Shown one piece after another: positions 12,681 to 25,114 of a stretch of 64,000 bases of DNA. Both the position numbers and the translations under genes were made by a program. The first letter of the stretch is position 1. Each line of letters starts with the position of its first letter. Source of the stretch: Hydrurus foetidus. Lineage: Eukaryota. The stretch is from the NCBI GenBank assembly GCA_900617105.1, contig UYFQ01000596.1:1-64000 (forward strand). The letters run 5' to 3'. The notes under the pieces are model-generated. The model searched no databases. It had not been told where the DNA came from and was given only the letters and a program-made list of their open reading frames with translations.

Positions 12681-15600
12681 ATAACTTTTTAGATTTTTGA
12701 ATTTCAATTTTCATAACGTCAAAAAGATGAATCTAACAGTGTTCTGTGAAGTGTTGACCCGAGGTGACGATGAGCCTAAGTATGCACGTACGATTTGTTT
12801 GTGTATTTTTGACGTCGAATACGCAGTTCCTGTGTGGCCTTGTGGTACGGCGTGGGGCTCACACCACCAGGGCCGGAGATTCGATTTTTTCCTAGGACGC
12901 GAAGTTTCTGCATTTTGGTGCGGTTGGCTTCAGAAAGTTTGTCGCTCATGATCAATGCCCACTTTATCTAAAGAAAATCGTAAAGTGCCTTTCGATTGAA
13001 TGCCTCAGAGAATTGTTGGCTGTTCACTAGAAAAAAATTGAAAAAGCGAAAGTAAAGAAATAACAGTTTTTATACTGAGATTAAAAAAAACACTTCGATA
13101 AACTTTTATTAAATTTCCACCACCTATGAGTCGGAGTTATAAGGTGAATGAGTTGTGAGATGAGGGTTGTAAGGTGAGAGTTGTAAGGTGGGAGTTGTAA
13201 AGTGAGTTGAGTTGGAAGGTGAGAGTTGGGTGCCGAAAGTTGTGAGGTGGGATTTATTTACTGAAAAAAGATGTAGTGAGCGATGACCAAATATGATCAT
13301 TAGGTAGCATACGATCGGGAAGAGACTGGTCTAAGAGTGGTGATGAGAATTTTTTTGCAGTAGCGTCTCTCCGACATGAGAAAACTCCCAGACAGATCGC
13401 TGAAAATGAGGACTGTGATCTTCGCCAAGTTCTCAACATTCTCACCAACGATCTAATGGCATTAGTCGGAGACGACATTAGTGCTGCTCATGTAAGTGAC
13501 TTCCTTCAGTACTTCAACCATACTTGGATGGGACGTTTACGCTCTTGGAACGTCTATGGATTGAACAAGAATAGAACAAACAATCACATGGAAGGTTGGC
13601 ATTCTCATCTCGTCCAAACGATTAACAGCAATCCTAACCTGTGGAAGTTCATCACAAAAATCAAGTCAGAGCAGACTGCCAAAGAACTGGAGCAAAATCA
13701 GATGAATAACGAGGCAATCATTGTCCCACTCACACACAAACTGAAGGAAAATAACGAAGGCTAGCAAGAAGCAAACAACGGTATAATAATAATGAGTTAA
13801 CCCCACTCGAGTATGTTACAACGATTTCTAATCTTATGCATTACTAAATCATATACGAAATCTAACTTGAATCGTCGATACGACTTTAGGGAACCATCCA
13901 CCATACCATCATCGATTGCAAATTTCGTCACTAAATCCCAACATAATCAACAATTAATCGAAGGCACTTTACTGTCGTACGTAACTCTAAGCCTAGCTCT
14001 GCGTGGTCGAATTCTGGCTTCTGATAAAGCAGTATCGAATTAATTATATATATTTTGATTGTACGTTTCAATAAATAATAAGAACGATTTCAATTCATTT
14101 TAATAATTCAAGTCATCAGCACATAAAAATTTTTGCCACTAGAATTCGCTGTTCAGTTGAAAATGATTTGAAAATATGTCACCTATAGAATTAAATCAGT
14201 ATTTTCAAAAAGGATATCGAATAGAAAATGTCAGACTACACACTAACTTAGTTACATCAGTTGTAAACTAGTAGCAGATATAGATGCACGCACGGTAGTA
14301 CTTCCGGCCATGCAGTATGCCGATTCCACGGTATAACGATCATAACTTTTTAGATTTTTGAATTTCAATTTTCATAACGTCAAAAAGATGAATCTAACAG
14401 TGTTCTGTGAAGTGTTGACCCGAGGTGACGATGAGCCTAAGTATGCACGTACGATTTGTTTGTGTATTTTTGACGTCGAATACGCAGTTCCTGTGTGGCC
14501 TTGTGGTACGGCGTGGGACTCACACCACCAGGGCCGGAGATTCGATTTTTTCCTAGGACGCGAAGTTTCTGCATTTTGGTGCGGTTGGCTTCAGAAAGTT
14601 TGTCGCTCATGATCAATGCCCACTTTATCTAAAGAAAATCGTAAAGTGCCTTTCGATTGAATGCCTCAGAGAATTGTTGGCTGTTCACTAGAAAAAAATT
14701 GAAAAAGCGAAAGTAAAGAAATAACAGTTTTTATACTGAGATTAAAAAAAACACTTCGATAAACTTTTATTAAATTTCCACCACCTATGAGTCGGAGTTG
14801 TAAGGTGAATGAGTTGTGAGATGAGGGTTGTAAGGTGAGAGTTGTAAGGTGGGAGTTGTAAAGTGAGTTGAGTTGGAAGGTGAGAGTTGGGTGCCGAAAG
14901 TTGTGAGGTGGGATTTATTTACTGAAAAAAGATCTAGTGAGCGATGACCAAATATGATCATTAGGTAGCATACGATCGGGAAGAGACTGGTCTAAGAGTG
15001 GTGATGAGAATTTTTTTGCAGTAGCGTCTCTCCGACATGAGAAAACTCCCAGACAGATCGCTGAAAATGAGGACTGTGATCTTCGCCAAGTTCTCAACAT
15101 TCTCATCAACGATCTAATGGCATTAGTCGGAGACGACATTAGTGCTGCTCATGTAAGTGACTTCCTTCAGTACTTCAACCATACTTGGATGGGACGTTTA
15201 CGGTCTTGGAACGTCTATGGATTGAACAAGAATAGAACAAACAATCACATGGAAGGTTGGCATTCTCATCTCGTCCAAACGATTAACAGCAATCCTAACC
15301 TGTGGAAGTTCATCACAAAAATCAAGTCAGAGCAGACTGCCAAAGAACTGGAGCAAAATCAGATGAATAACGAGGCAATCATTGTCCCACTCACACACAA
15401 ACTGAAGGAAAATAACGAAGGCTAGCAAGAAGCAAACAACGGTATAATAATAATGAGTTAACCCCACTCGAGTATGTTACAACGATTTCTAATCTTATGC
15501 ATTACTAAATCATATACGAAATCTAACTTGAATCGTCGATACGACTTTAGGGAACCATCCACCATACCATCATCGATTGCAAATTTCGTCACTAAATCCC

Positions 15601-18339
15601 AACATAATCAACAATTAATCGAAGGCACTTTACTGTCGTACGTAACTCTAAGCCTAGCTCTGCGTGGTCGAATTCTGGCTTCTGATAAAACAGTATCGAA
15701 TTAATTATATATATTTTGATTGTACGTTTCAATAAATAATAAGAACGATTTCAATTCATTTTAATAATTCAAGTCATCAGCACATAAAAAATTTTGCCAC
15801 TAGAATTCGCTGTTCAGTTGAAAATGATTTGAAAATATGTCACCTATAGAATTAAATCAGTATTTTCAAAAAGGATATCGAATAGAAAATGTCAGACTAC
15901 ACACTAACTTAGTTACATCAGTTGTAAACTAGTAGCAGATATAGATGCACGCACGGTAGTACTTCCGGCCATGCAGTATGCCGATTCCACGGTATAACGA
16001 TCATAACTTTTTAGATTTTTGAATTTCAATTTTCATAACGTCAAAAAGATGAATCTAACAGTGTTCTGTGAAGTGTTGACCCGAGGTGACGATGAGCCTA
16101 AGTATGCACGTACGATTTGTTTGTGTATTTTTGACGTCGAATACGCAGTTCCTGTGTGGCCTTGTGGTACGGCGTGGGGCTCACACCACCAGGGCCGGAG
16201 ATTCGATTTTTTCCTAGGACGCGAAGTTTCTGCATTTTGGTGCGGTTGGCTTCAGAAAGTTTGTCGCTCATGATCAATGCCCACTTTATCTAAAGAAAAT
16301 CGTAAAGTGCCTTTCGATTGAATGCCTCAGAGAATTGTTGGCTGTTCACTAGAAAAAAATTGAAAAAGCGAAAGTAAAGAAATAACAGTTTTTATACTGA
16401 GATTAAAAAAAACACTTCGATAAACTTTTATTAAATTTCCACCACCTATGAGTCGGAGTTATAAGGTGAATGAGTTGTGAGATGAGGGTTGTAAGGTGAG
16501 AGTTGTAAGGTGGGAGTTGTAAAGTGAGTTGAGTTGGAAGGTGAGAGTTGGGTGCCGAAAGTTGTGAGGTGGGATTTATTTACTGAAAAAAGATGTAGTG
16601 AGCGATGACCAAATATGATCATTAGGTAGCATACGATCGGGAAGAGACTGGTCTAAGAGTGGTGATGAGAATTTTTTTGCAGTAGCGTCTCTCCGACATG
16701 AGAAAACTCCCAGACAGATCGCTGAAAATGAGGACTGTGATCTTCGCCAAGTTCTCAACATTCTCACCAACGATCTAATGGCATTAGTCGGAGACGACAT
16801 TAGTGCTGCTCATGTAAGTGACTTCCTTCAGTACTTCAACCATACTTGGATGGGACGTTTACGCTCTTGGAACGTCTATGGATTGAACAAGAATAGAACA
16901 AACAATCACATGGAAGGTTGGCATTCTCATCTCGTCCAAACGATTAACAGCAATCCTAACCTGTGGAAGTTCATCACAAAAATCAAGTCAGAGCAGACTG
17001 CCAAAGAACTGGAGCAAAATCAGATGAATAACGAGGCAATCATTGTCCCACTCACACACAAACTGAAGGAAAATAACGAAGGCTAGCAAGAAGCAAACAA
17101 CGGTATAATAATAATGAGTTAACCCCACTCGAGTATGTTACAACGATTTCTAATCTTATGCATTACTAAATCATATACGAAATCTAACTTGAATCGTCGA
17201 TACGACTTTAGGGAACCATCCACCATACCATCATCGATTGCAAATTTCGTCACTAAATCCCAACATAATCAACAATTAATCGAAGGCACTTTACTGTCGT
17301 ACGTAACTCTAAGCCTAGCTCTGCGTGGTCGAATTCTGGCTTCTGATAAAACAGTATCGAATTAATTATATATATTTTGATTGTACGTTTCAATAAATAA
17401 TAAGAACGATTTCAATTCATTTTAATAATTCAAGTCATCAGCACATAAAAATTTTGCCACTAGAATTCGCTGTTCAGTTGAAAATGATTTGAAAATATGT
17501 CACCTATAGAATTAAATCAGTATTTTCAAAAAGGATATCGAATAGAAAATGTCAGACTACACACTAACTTAGTTACATCAGTTGTAAACTAGTAGCAGAT
17601 ATAGATGCACGCACGGTAGTACTTCCGGCCATGCAGTATGCCGATTCCACGGTATAACGATCATAACTTTTTAGATTTTTGAATTTCAATTTTCATAACG
17701 TCAAAAAGATGAATCTAACAGTGTTCTGTGAAGTGTTGACCCGAGGTGACGATGAGCCTAAGTATGCACGTACGATTTGTTTGTGTATTTTTGACGTCGA
17801 ATACGCAGTTCCTGTGTGGCCTTGTGGTACGGCGTGGGGCTCACACCACCAGGGCCGGAGATTCGATTTTTTCCTAGGACGCGAAGTTTCTGCATTTTGG
17901 TGCGGTTGGCTTCAGAAAGTTTGTCGCTCATGATCAATGCCCACTTTATCTAAAGAAAATCGTAAAGTGCCTTTCGATTGAATGCCTCAGAGAATTGTTG
18001 GCTGTTCACTAGAAAAAAATTGAAAAAGCGAAAGTAAAGAAATAACAGTTTTTATACTGAGATTAAAAAAAACACTTCGATAAACTTTTATTAAATTTCC
18101 ACCACCTATGAGTCGGAGTTGTAAGGTGAATGAGTTGTGAGATGAGGGTTGTAAGGTGGGAGTTGTAAGGTGAGTAGAGTTGTAAGGTGAAAGTTGTAAG
18201 GTGAGTTGAGTTATAAGGTGAAAGTTGTAAGGTGAGTTGAGTTGTAAGGTGAAAGTTGTAAAGTGAGTTGAGTTGGAAGGTGAGAGTTGGGTGCCGAAAG
18301 TTGTGAGGTGGGATTTATTTACTGAAAAAAGATCTAGTG
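12681..18339 (+). repeat. Tandem array, 1660-1661-bp unit, about 3.4 copies (starts 12681, 14342, 16003, 17663)
   Basis: Near-identical units; identical small ORFs recur at a 1661/1660 period in the ORF track. Confidence 0.97.
13305..13847 (+). pseudogene. MULE transposase C-terminal exon, copy 1 (copies 2 and 3 at +1661 and +3322)
   Basis: FLQYFNHTW...WNVY...RTNNHMEGWH...PNLWKFI. Splice acceptor CATTAG at about 13305; two 1-bp frameshifts. Confidence 0.85.
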
Positions 18340-18356
18340 GGTCCTAACGTCCTAAC

Positions 18357-18384
18357 CGATTATTTTAGATAAGACTCCGCCGCC
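18357..18384. mobile_element. Orphan Zator-family right TIR
   Basis: 27/28 match to the TIR at 47682-47709; flanked by CTG. Confidence 0.8.
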
Positions 18385-18631
18385 CTGTACAGCGGTTTAA
18401 AAAAGTTAGAAGAAATTACATTTTCAGAGAAGATGCCTCAACTTTCACCAGTTTTTGCAGCTCACTGGTAAATGCTGTAGAATCAAGGGGAACACTGACA
18501 CCACCGGTCAACATTCTGCTATCCTCTGAGAGACTGTGTTGTAGTTCGCAATCGTCGTGAGAAGCGCGCGGCGTTGCCTTCGTCTTCAATAAACTACAGC
18601 ACGAGAGGACATATCAAAAATATTCTTTTTG

Positions 18632-21600
18632 ATGACGGAGGCTGCCGCCAAACCGCCAAGCCCCAATGGGAATGAAGCCCCAACAGAATTGGAGCCATGG
18701 ACTGTGAATATAAGAGATGTTGCCGGTAATGTCCGTCCTCTCAATCTACACGTCTTTCAGAACGTGAACCCTGACTTTAAATGTTGAAGTAACTGTCTTC
18801 TCTGGCGTTTTTTACAGCTGTGATCAATACGAATGGAAATACGAACTCGATCAGTACAACAAAATATTCTCTCCTCACGTGGTTACCGAAGTCGATATGG
18901 GAACAATTTCGTCGCGTTGCCAACGTTTACTTCTTACTAATTTCAATTCTCATGGTACGGACGACTGCCCAACATAAACGCTCCTGCATTTTTTGTGTCG
19001 ACCAACATGTTTAGTTTTTCTCCCGAATTAGACTTGCGTTTGACGATTCTAATATGCGCCGCATTTTCCGAAATTGTGCAGTTTATCGGAACGTATGCCA
19101 CATATCTTTTTGTGTCCCCTTTGAATCCATACAGCACAGTCGCAACACTCGTATTCGTTTTGTTGGTAACATCTATCAAAGAAGGATCCGAGGACATGCA
19201 AAGATACCGCTCAGATAAAGATGAGAATAATCGGATGATAACTGTGATAACTTTCGATGAGAACGGTCAAGTCATCGAGACTGTGAAAGAGACGAAACTC
19301 ATTAGATCGGGTGACATTGTCAAGCTATCGGGCCTGATGCCGGTACCGGTCGACATGGTTCTTATAATGACTTCGATGTATGAAGATGGCAATCAGTGCT
19401 ACATAGAAACTTCAAACATAGATGGCGAGACAAATTTGAAGCTGAAGGAGGCACCAAGTTTGTTGAAACCGTTGATCATGACGACTGGGGGCAAACCAAC
19501 CCGCCCTCTCTTTACGGGTAAACTGGAAATCGAGCAGCCGAATAAGAGCATACACAACTTTGTCGGCGCCCTGCATGTGGGCGCGATATCTGAAGCAATT
19601 GCTCTGGGCCCTGAGAACTTTCTTCTTCGCAGTTCCCTATTCTCAAACACAGATTGGGCGTACGGAATCGCAGTGTACACGGGGCAAGAAACGAAAATTC
19701 AAATGAACAACCGCAACGCCCCTTCAAAAATGAGTAAAATCGAGGGTTACTTGAACAAAGCCATCGTCATAATTTTCCTCGCACAGCTCAGTCTTGTGAT
19801 AATTTCCGTGATCAGCATTTATTTCCTGGGCTTTCAAAACTTCCCTCGCTTGCCATACATCTACACGGGAAGCGGGAACACATCTATCCTACCGCTCTGG
19901 CTAGAACAATTGTGAGACACATTGCAGTGAATATTTCAGTTAACAACTATTACTGTCAAATCCGTCGCACTCGCTAATGTTATTTTTTACCGTTTTTCCT
20001 TGCAGTTTCGTATTTTTCCTGCTCTTCAACAACTTCATCCCGATTTCGCTTTACGTCACCATCGAGCTGGTAAATGTTGGACAGGCTCTTCTCGTAGCTG
20101 CTGATGAGGAACTGGTTAGTGATATGACGTGACTTGACATGACACTTCTGTTCTTCGTTAGACTGCGCCTCTGCACTGCACCTCCACATTACCGCACTGA
20201 CAGCTAATCTGATTTGACACACTTCTTTGCAGTACGATGAAGTCCTGGACATGCCGTGTGTTGTGCGCTCCTCCAACTTGGTGCAGGAGCTGGGCATGGT
20301 GTCCAACGTCTTCTCGGACAAAACAGGAACACTCACCAGAAACGAAATGAAATTTGTGAAATTTGTCGTCGATGGTCGTCTGTACGATTTGGCCCCACAG
20401 AGCGAGGCTTTCAAGGGCGATGGCACGGGGTCTCTCTTGGAGTCCAAGGGCAAGGTGAAGGCCACATCCCAAGAGCAGAGGACTATCGAGGCTGATGTAC
20501 GCACCCTGCTGGACGGTCCGGGGGGCACGAAGAACAAGGTGTACGACTTCCTCCGCTGCCTAACCACCTGCCACACGGTCATTAGAGAGAAGGACGGCAC
20601 CTATCGCGCTGAGTCACCCGATGAGCTTGCGTTGGTGGAGGGTGTCGGGCAGTTTCAGTGTTTACTAGGCGAGAGGGGGACATCGAGCATGACAGTGACC
20701 ATGCTCGGTGAAAGACAAACCTATGAGATCCTCGCAGTGAATGCCTTCAACTCAGACCGCAAGAGGATGTCCATCCTGCTGCGGGATAAGAGCAGCAACG
20801 AGTACTACTTGATGTGCAAGGGCGCGGACAGTACCATGCTCGACATCTGCACCATGAACGCCGCTGCGAGGAAATCCGTGGACAAGAGCTTGCTCGATCT
20901 GGCCTGCTTCGGACTGAGAACACTCTGCATCGCGCAGAAAAAACTCACAGACGAGGAGGCAGAGACGTGGCTGATTCAATACAGAGCAGCGTGCACATCC
21001 ATTCAGAACAGAGCGTCCAAGATGGCGGATGCGGGGAGTGATGTGGAGGTGGGCATGACTCTGTTGGGCGTCACTGCTATTGAGGACAGGCTGCAAGACG
21101 AAGTGCCAGAGGTCATTGCAGACCTCGCCAGGGCTGGTATTATACTGTGGATGCTCACAGGGGACAAGGAGGAGACTGCTATCAACATCGGTCACTCCTG
21201 CAACCTGCTGATGAGCGATACCAAGATCTTCTTCTTGACCAAACTCACCACCACCGACCAGTACTACGCCAAGCTGCACGAGATATCCACTGACATCAAC
21301 AGTAGGTACGAGTTCGGACGAGGCTACGAGCACGAGGACGGCAAGGTCACGGAGGTCGCTCTCGTGATGGACGGGCCCTCATTCGAGCACTTCCAGTTTG
21401 ACGATGTCGAGAGCAGGAAGTGGCTACTGCAGATAGGCAAGGCGTGTCGCGCTGTCATCGGGTGCAGACTGACTCCCATCCAGAAGCAGCAAGTGGTGAA
21501 CCTCGTAAAGACAGACACCTTCCCCAAGTGCACTACTCTCAGCATCGGAGACGGCGCCAATGACGTTAGCATGATCCGAGAGGCAGATGTCGGTGTCGGC

Positions 21601-23138
21601 ATATTCGGCAAGGAGGTGAGCCAATCTTCTTTATGGACGAGATCTGCTTTCCACAGATGCTGTCTGTGCAACATCCCAAAAATATTCTATCATACAGTGC
21701 ACCTCATTATCTAATTTCCCCTCACCCAATCGCTTTCAAGACCAAGATCAATTTTTCCGAGTACTAATCTCTTCACACACACAGGGTCGACAAGCTGCAA
21801 ACAACGCAGACTTCGCCATCGGACAGTTCAAGTTCCTGAGAAAGCTGCTGCTGGTGCACGGCCGCTGGAACTACATCCGGCAGTCGAGAGTGTTCCTGTA
21901 CTGCATGCACAAAAACATGGTCATCACCCTGACCCTGTACTGGTTCAAGTAAGTACCCCTATCTCTCTCCCTTTCGCTGACTCCTTTCAAATTGCTCATA
22001 TTCAGCCAGTACCTCTTGTTTCTCACTCTCTCATTACTATTCCTCGTGCGAACTCTCTCCAGCTACTTTGCCGCGGTGTCAGGCGTATCTACATACGAGT
22101 CGTGGGTGTACACTGGATTCAATTTCATCCTGGGTTTGCCCATTATTTTCTACGGCATACAGGACCGAGACCTCTCTTCCGCATTCGTTCAGAAATATCC
22201 CGAGGTAAGTACACTGTGTATAGAATCAGAACAGTCGCGGTGATCATGGATCACATTGAAGTTGTCCGCACTGCCCACGCGATGCAATATTCGAAATAAG
22301 CTGTCATGTGTCACCGTGTGGGCTCTCCACTACTCTGTCCAGCCGCGATTCTTTGACTTCTGTCCACATATCATTCCATCATTTCTATGTAGACATACTC
22401 CACGGGTAGAACGAATGTGTACTTGCACACCAGCGCCATCGCCCTGTGGATATTCAACGCCCTGCTCTACGCCACCGTAATCTGCCTGCTGTTCTACTAC
22501 GCGGTGGGACGGTCCTTCGAGGAGCATGCACTGTTCGAAATGGGCACCACCGTGTTCGTAGGGGCCTGCAATTGTCTGCAGCTGAAGGTCGCCTTCCTGC
22601 ACCACCAGTGGTCCGCAGTACAGGCCTTTGTGATGCTCCTCTCCATGGGGGGCATGCTGGCATATCTGGCCATCATCTCTAGGTTCCCTGTGAACCTCTA
22701 TGAGTACTATAACACGGGGTACTACCTGCTCAGCGAGAGCCATCTGTTCTGGTTCTACGGGTTCTTCACAGTGCCCGTGTTCGTGATCCTCATCGATGTG
22801 CTCGGGTACGACATGTACTTCTTCTTCTGGCCCTCCAGGGAAATGCAGTACAGAGAAGTCGAACTTGAGGTACCGCTCTGCACTGCTCTGCAATGTGTAG
22901 TGCGTTGCTGCCTTCATCTATCTCATACCCATCTGCCTCCACCTCGTAGATAATGCTCTCACTCTCTACTAACTCCCCACTCACCCTTTCTTCTTCACAT
23001 CACCTCACACGGTCCTTGCAGACTAAGTTTCTCGCTGATCCCCTGACCCCTCGCACTGTGGACACGGAAGACCCCTCCCCCAGCCCCTCTGCCTTCAAGA
23101 GCCCCAACGACTTGATGCTGGCTGAGCTGTCCTCTTGA
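18632..23138 (+). CDS. P4-type ATPase (phospholipid flippase), multi-exon
   Basis: [53 protein letters not shown] and C-terminal TM helices; GT-AG introns join the exons. Confidence 0.96.
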
Positions 23139-24496
23139 CATCGCGGGTTGTAGTGCACTCATGTTATTCCAAGTAGCCGCCTTCAATCACCTCAATTCAC
23201 TTCGCTTCGCCTCTCGTCCCATTCCTCTACTACCATAGCTAGGGTGACTCCGACAAGTTGACTTGACTTGATTTGATTGTTAGCAGCACTCGCCTGACTT
23301 GCTGCTGTTCCGCTAGAGCCCGATCCGATGCAACATTACATGGCAACAACCGGCACCAAGCAGTGTTCACTCAGTTTTACTTTCAATCAGCGAAGACAGC
23401 CTCTACAATGAAGTGTCAATGTAATTAGTAGTCCCGCATTTTGCATGGAATGCAGAGTGCGCTTGTCGAACCCCGCCCCGAAGCCATATTGGTTGTACAT
23501 GATTTTCAGTGTCTGCCAACATCCATGCAGAAGTTTTGACGAATTAGCCGCCACTTGTGGACAGTCCAGTCCAACAAAATATCTTCAGTAAAGGCGACAC
23601 GACATGAAAATACCGCATCGAGTCGCTTCTCGGACAGTATTTAATTGTTACATATTTTTACTCCTATAGTTTGAATTGAAGACTTTCGCCCTGTTCAGTT
23701 CACCACGACTCGTCACACTTCCCCTACGATGATAGCTCCTTTTCCTTACTCAACAAATTGGTTTGGATAAATCATCTATACTTTATTTTATTCGATTCGA
23801 CTGCTATCCGATGCGATAATGTTGGTAACAGGAGTCGTTTTGAGCGCTGGCTGACACGGAGTAAACTTACACGGTCGGGGTCCAATCTCCGTGCTCCTCA
23901 ATGTACGCGACAACTCCACTCTCTGTTTGAGTCCGCGAGTAAACATTTATTGACGTGATTTAAAAGGTAGATGTCGCAGTTGTTGGAGTGTAGGGCAACT
24001 TTGTCTGTGATACAGAAATCTTGAAATGCATGCGAATCAGCACTCGTGACTCTCAGCGCCCACCAACTTGTTGTCCCTCTGTTTTTTGTATTTCCAGATA
24101 GAACTGATTCTAGTCTGCAAAGCGTTCTGTTGTGATATCACCCGATAAAGAGATGCTACACAGCTCGCTAGGTAAAGGGAGTGGATTGGCTCGTAGTGAT
24201 AATCTTGCTTGAATATTTACAGTGGTAGAAAAACGGGATGTTTAGCGTGTAATAAACGTCATTACGAGAGAGAGAAAGTTAAAAACTAGGGTATCGTCAA
24301 TGTTAGATGATAGCCTGTTGCAGTGCTGCGTTCGTGGCACGCGGCACACAGTGTGTGGTGCCTTCGAAACAAATTAGGCTATAAAGAAATTGCCTCGGAG
24401 ATTGTGTCTGCTTTGAGTCGCACAGAAGAAAAAAAAATTACATGGTGAATCGTTAAATAAATGATCCAGTCTGTAGGAATCTCGAGTGGTCAAGAT

Positions 24497-25040
24497 GTGA
24501 TGTGGAATGAAATGGTGTGATGCCTTGTTCGGAGACTTGGTTTGAATTCGATTTGGCTCCCGCGTTGCCTACTTCTTCTAGATGTTTCGGTCTATCTATA
24601 CTTAGTGCCCATATTTGCTACATGGGTTCCTATCGAGAGGGAAAGCGAGTGCGGTCCATGCAATGGTGCTATGTACTTGAAAGCAGTCAGTCGCATATGA
24701 GAACTCCGCCAAGGGGTCAGTGAGTGAGTGAAGGAGTGAGTGAATAAATGAAAGGGTTTGTTCCAACGTATTGATAATGATGTGGAATGAAATGGTGTGA
24801 TGCCTTGTTCGGAGACTTGGTTTGAATTCGATTTGGCTCCCGTGTTGCCTACTTCTTCTAGATGTTTCGGTCTATCTATACTTAGTGCCCATATTTGCTA
24901 CATGGGTTCCTATCAAGAGAGGGAAAGCGAGTGCGGTCCATGCAATGGTGCTATGTACTTGAAAGCGGTCAGTCGCGCCATGGGGTGAGAGAGTGAGTGG
25001 ACGAGTGAGTGAATGAGTGGATGAAAGGGTTTGTTCCAAC
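24497..25040. repeat. ~280-bp direct duplication downstream of the protease gene
   Basis: TGATGTGGAATGAAATGG...GAAAGGGTTTGTTCCAACGT at about 24497-24770 and 24778-25040. Confidence 0.9.
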
Positions 25041-25114
25041 GTGTATGGATAGATAGGTCAGTGTGAGTTTCGAAGGAAAAACGCAGCGCGTTGCGATCAA
25101 AATTCACTTCGAAA

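Larger units (their letters stand above)
11386..18339. mobile_element. Rearranged Mutator/MULE (FLYWCH, Phantom-like) element with ~600-bp terminal repeats
   Basis: N-terminal transposase on minus, C-terminal part on plus in 3 copies. Four terminal segments end in TAGTG and carry GAGTTGTAAGGTG subrepeats. Confidence 0.8.

Noticed and set aside
13127..13250. CRISPR array or telomeric repeat
   Set aside because: Short degenerate repeats without unique spacers, located at a transposon terminus in eukaryotic DNA.
14342..14940. Helitron (A|TC...CTAG|T)
   Set aside because: No 3' hairpin, half the units read GTAG, and the MULE TIR model explains the structure.
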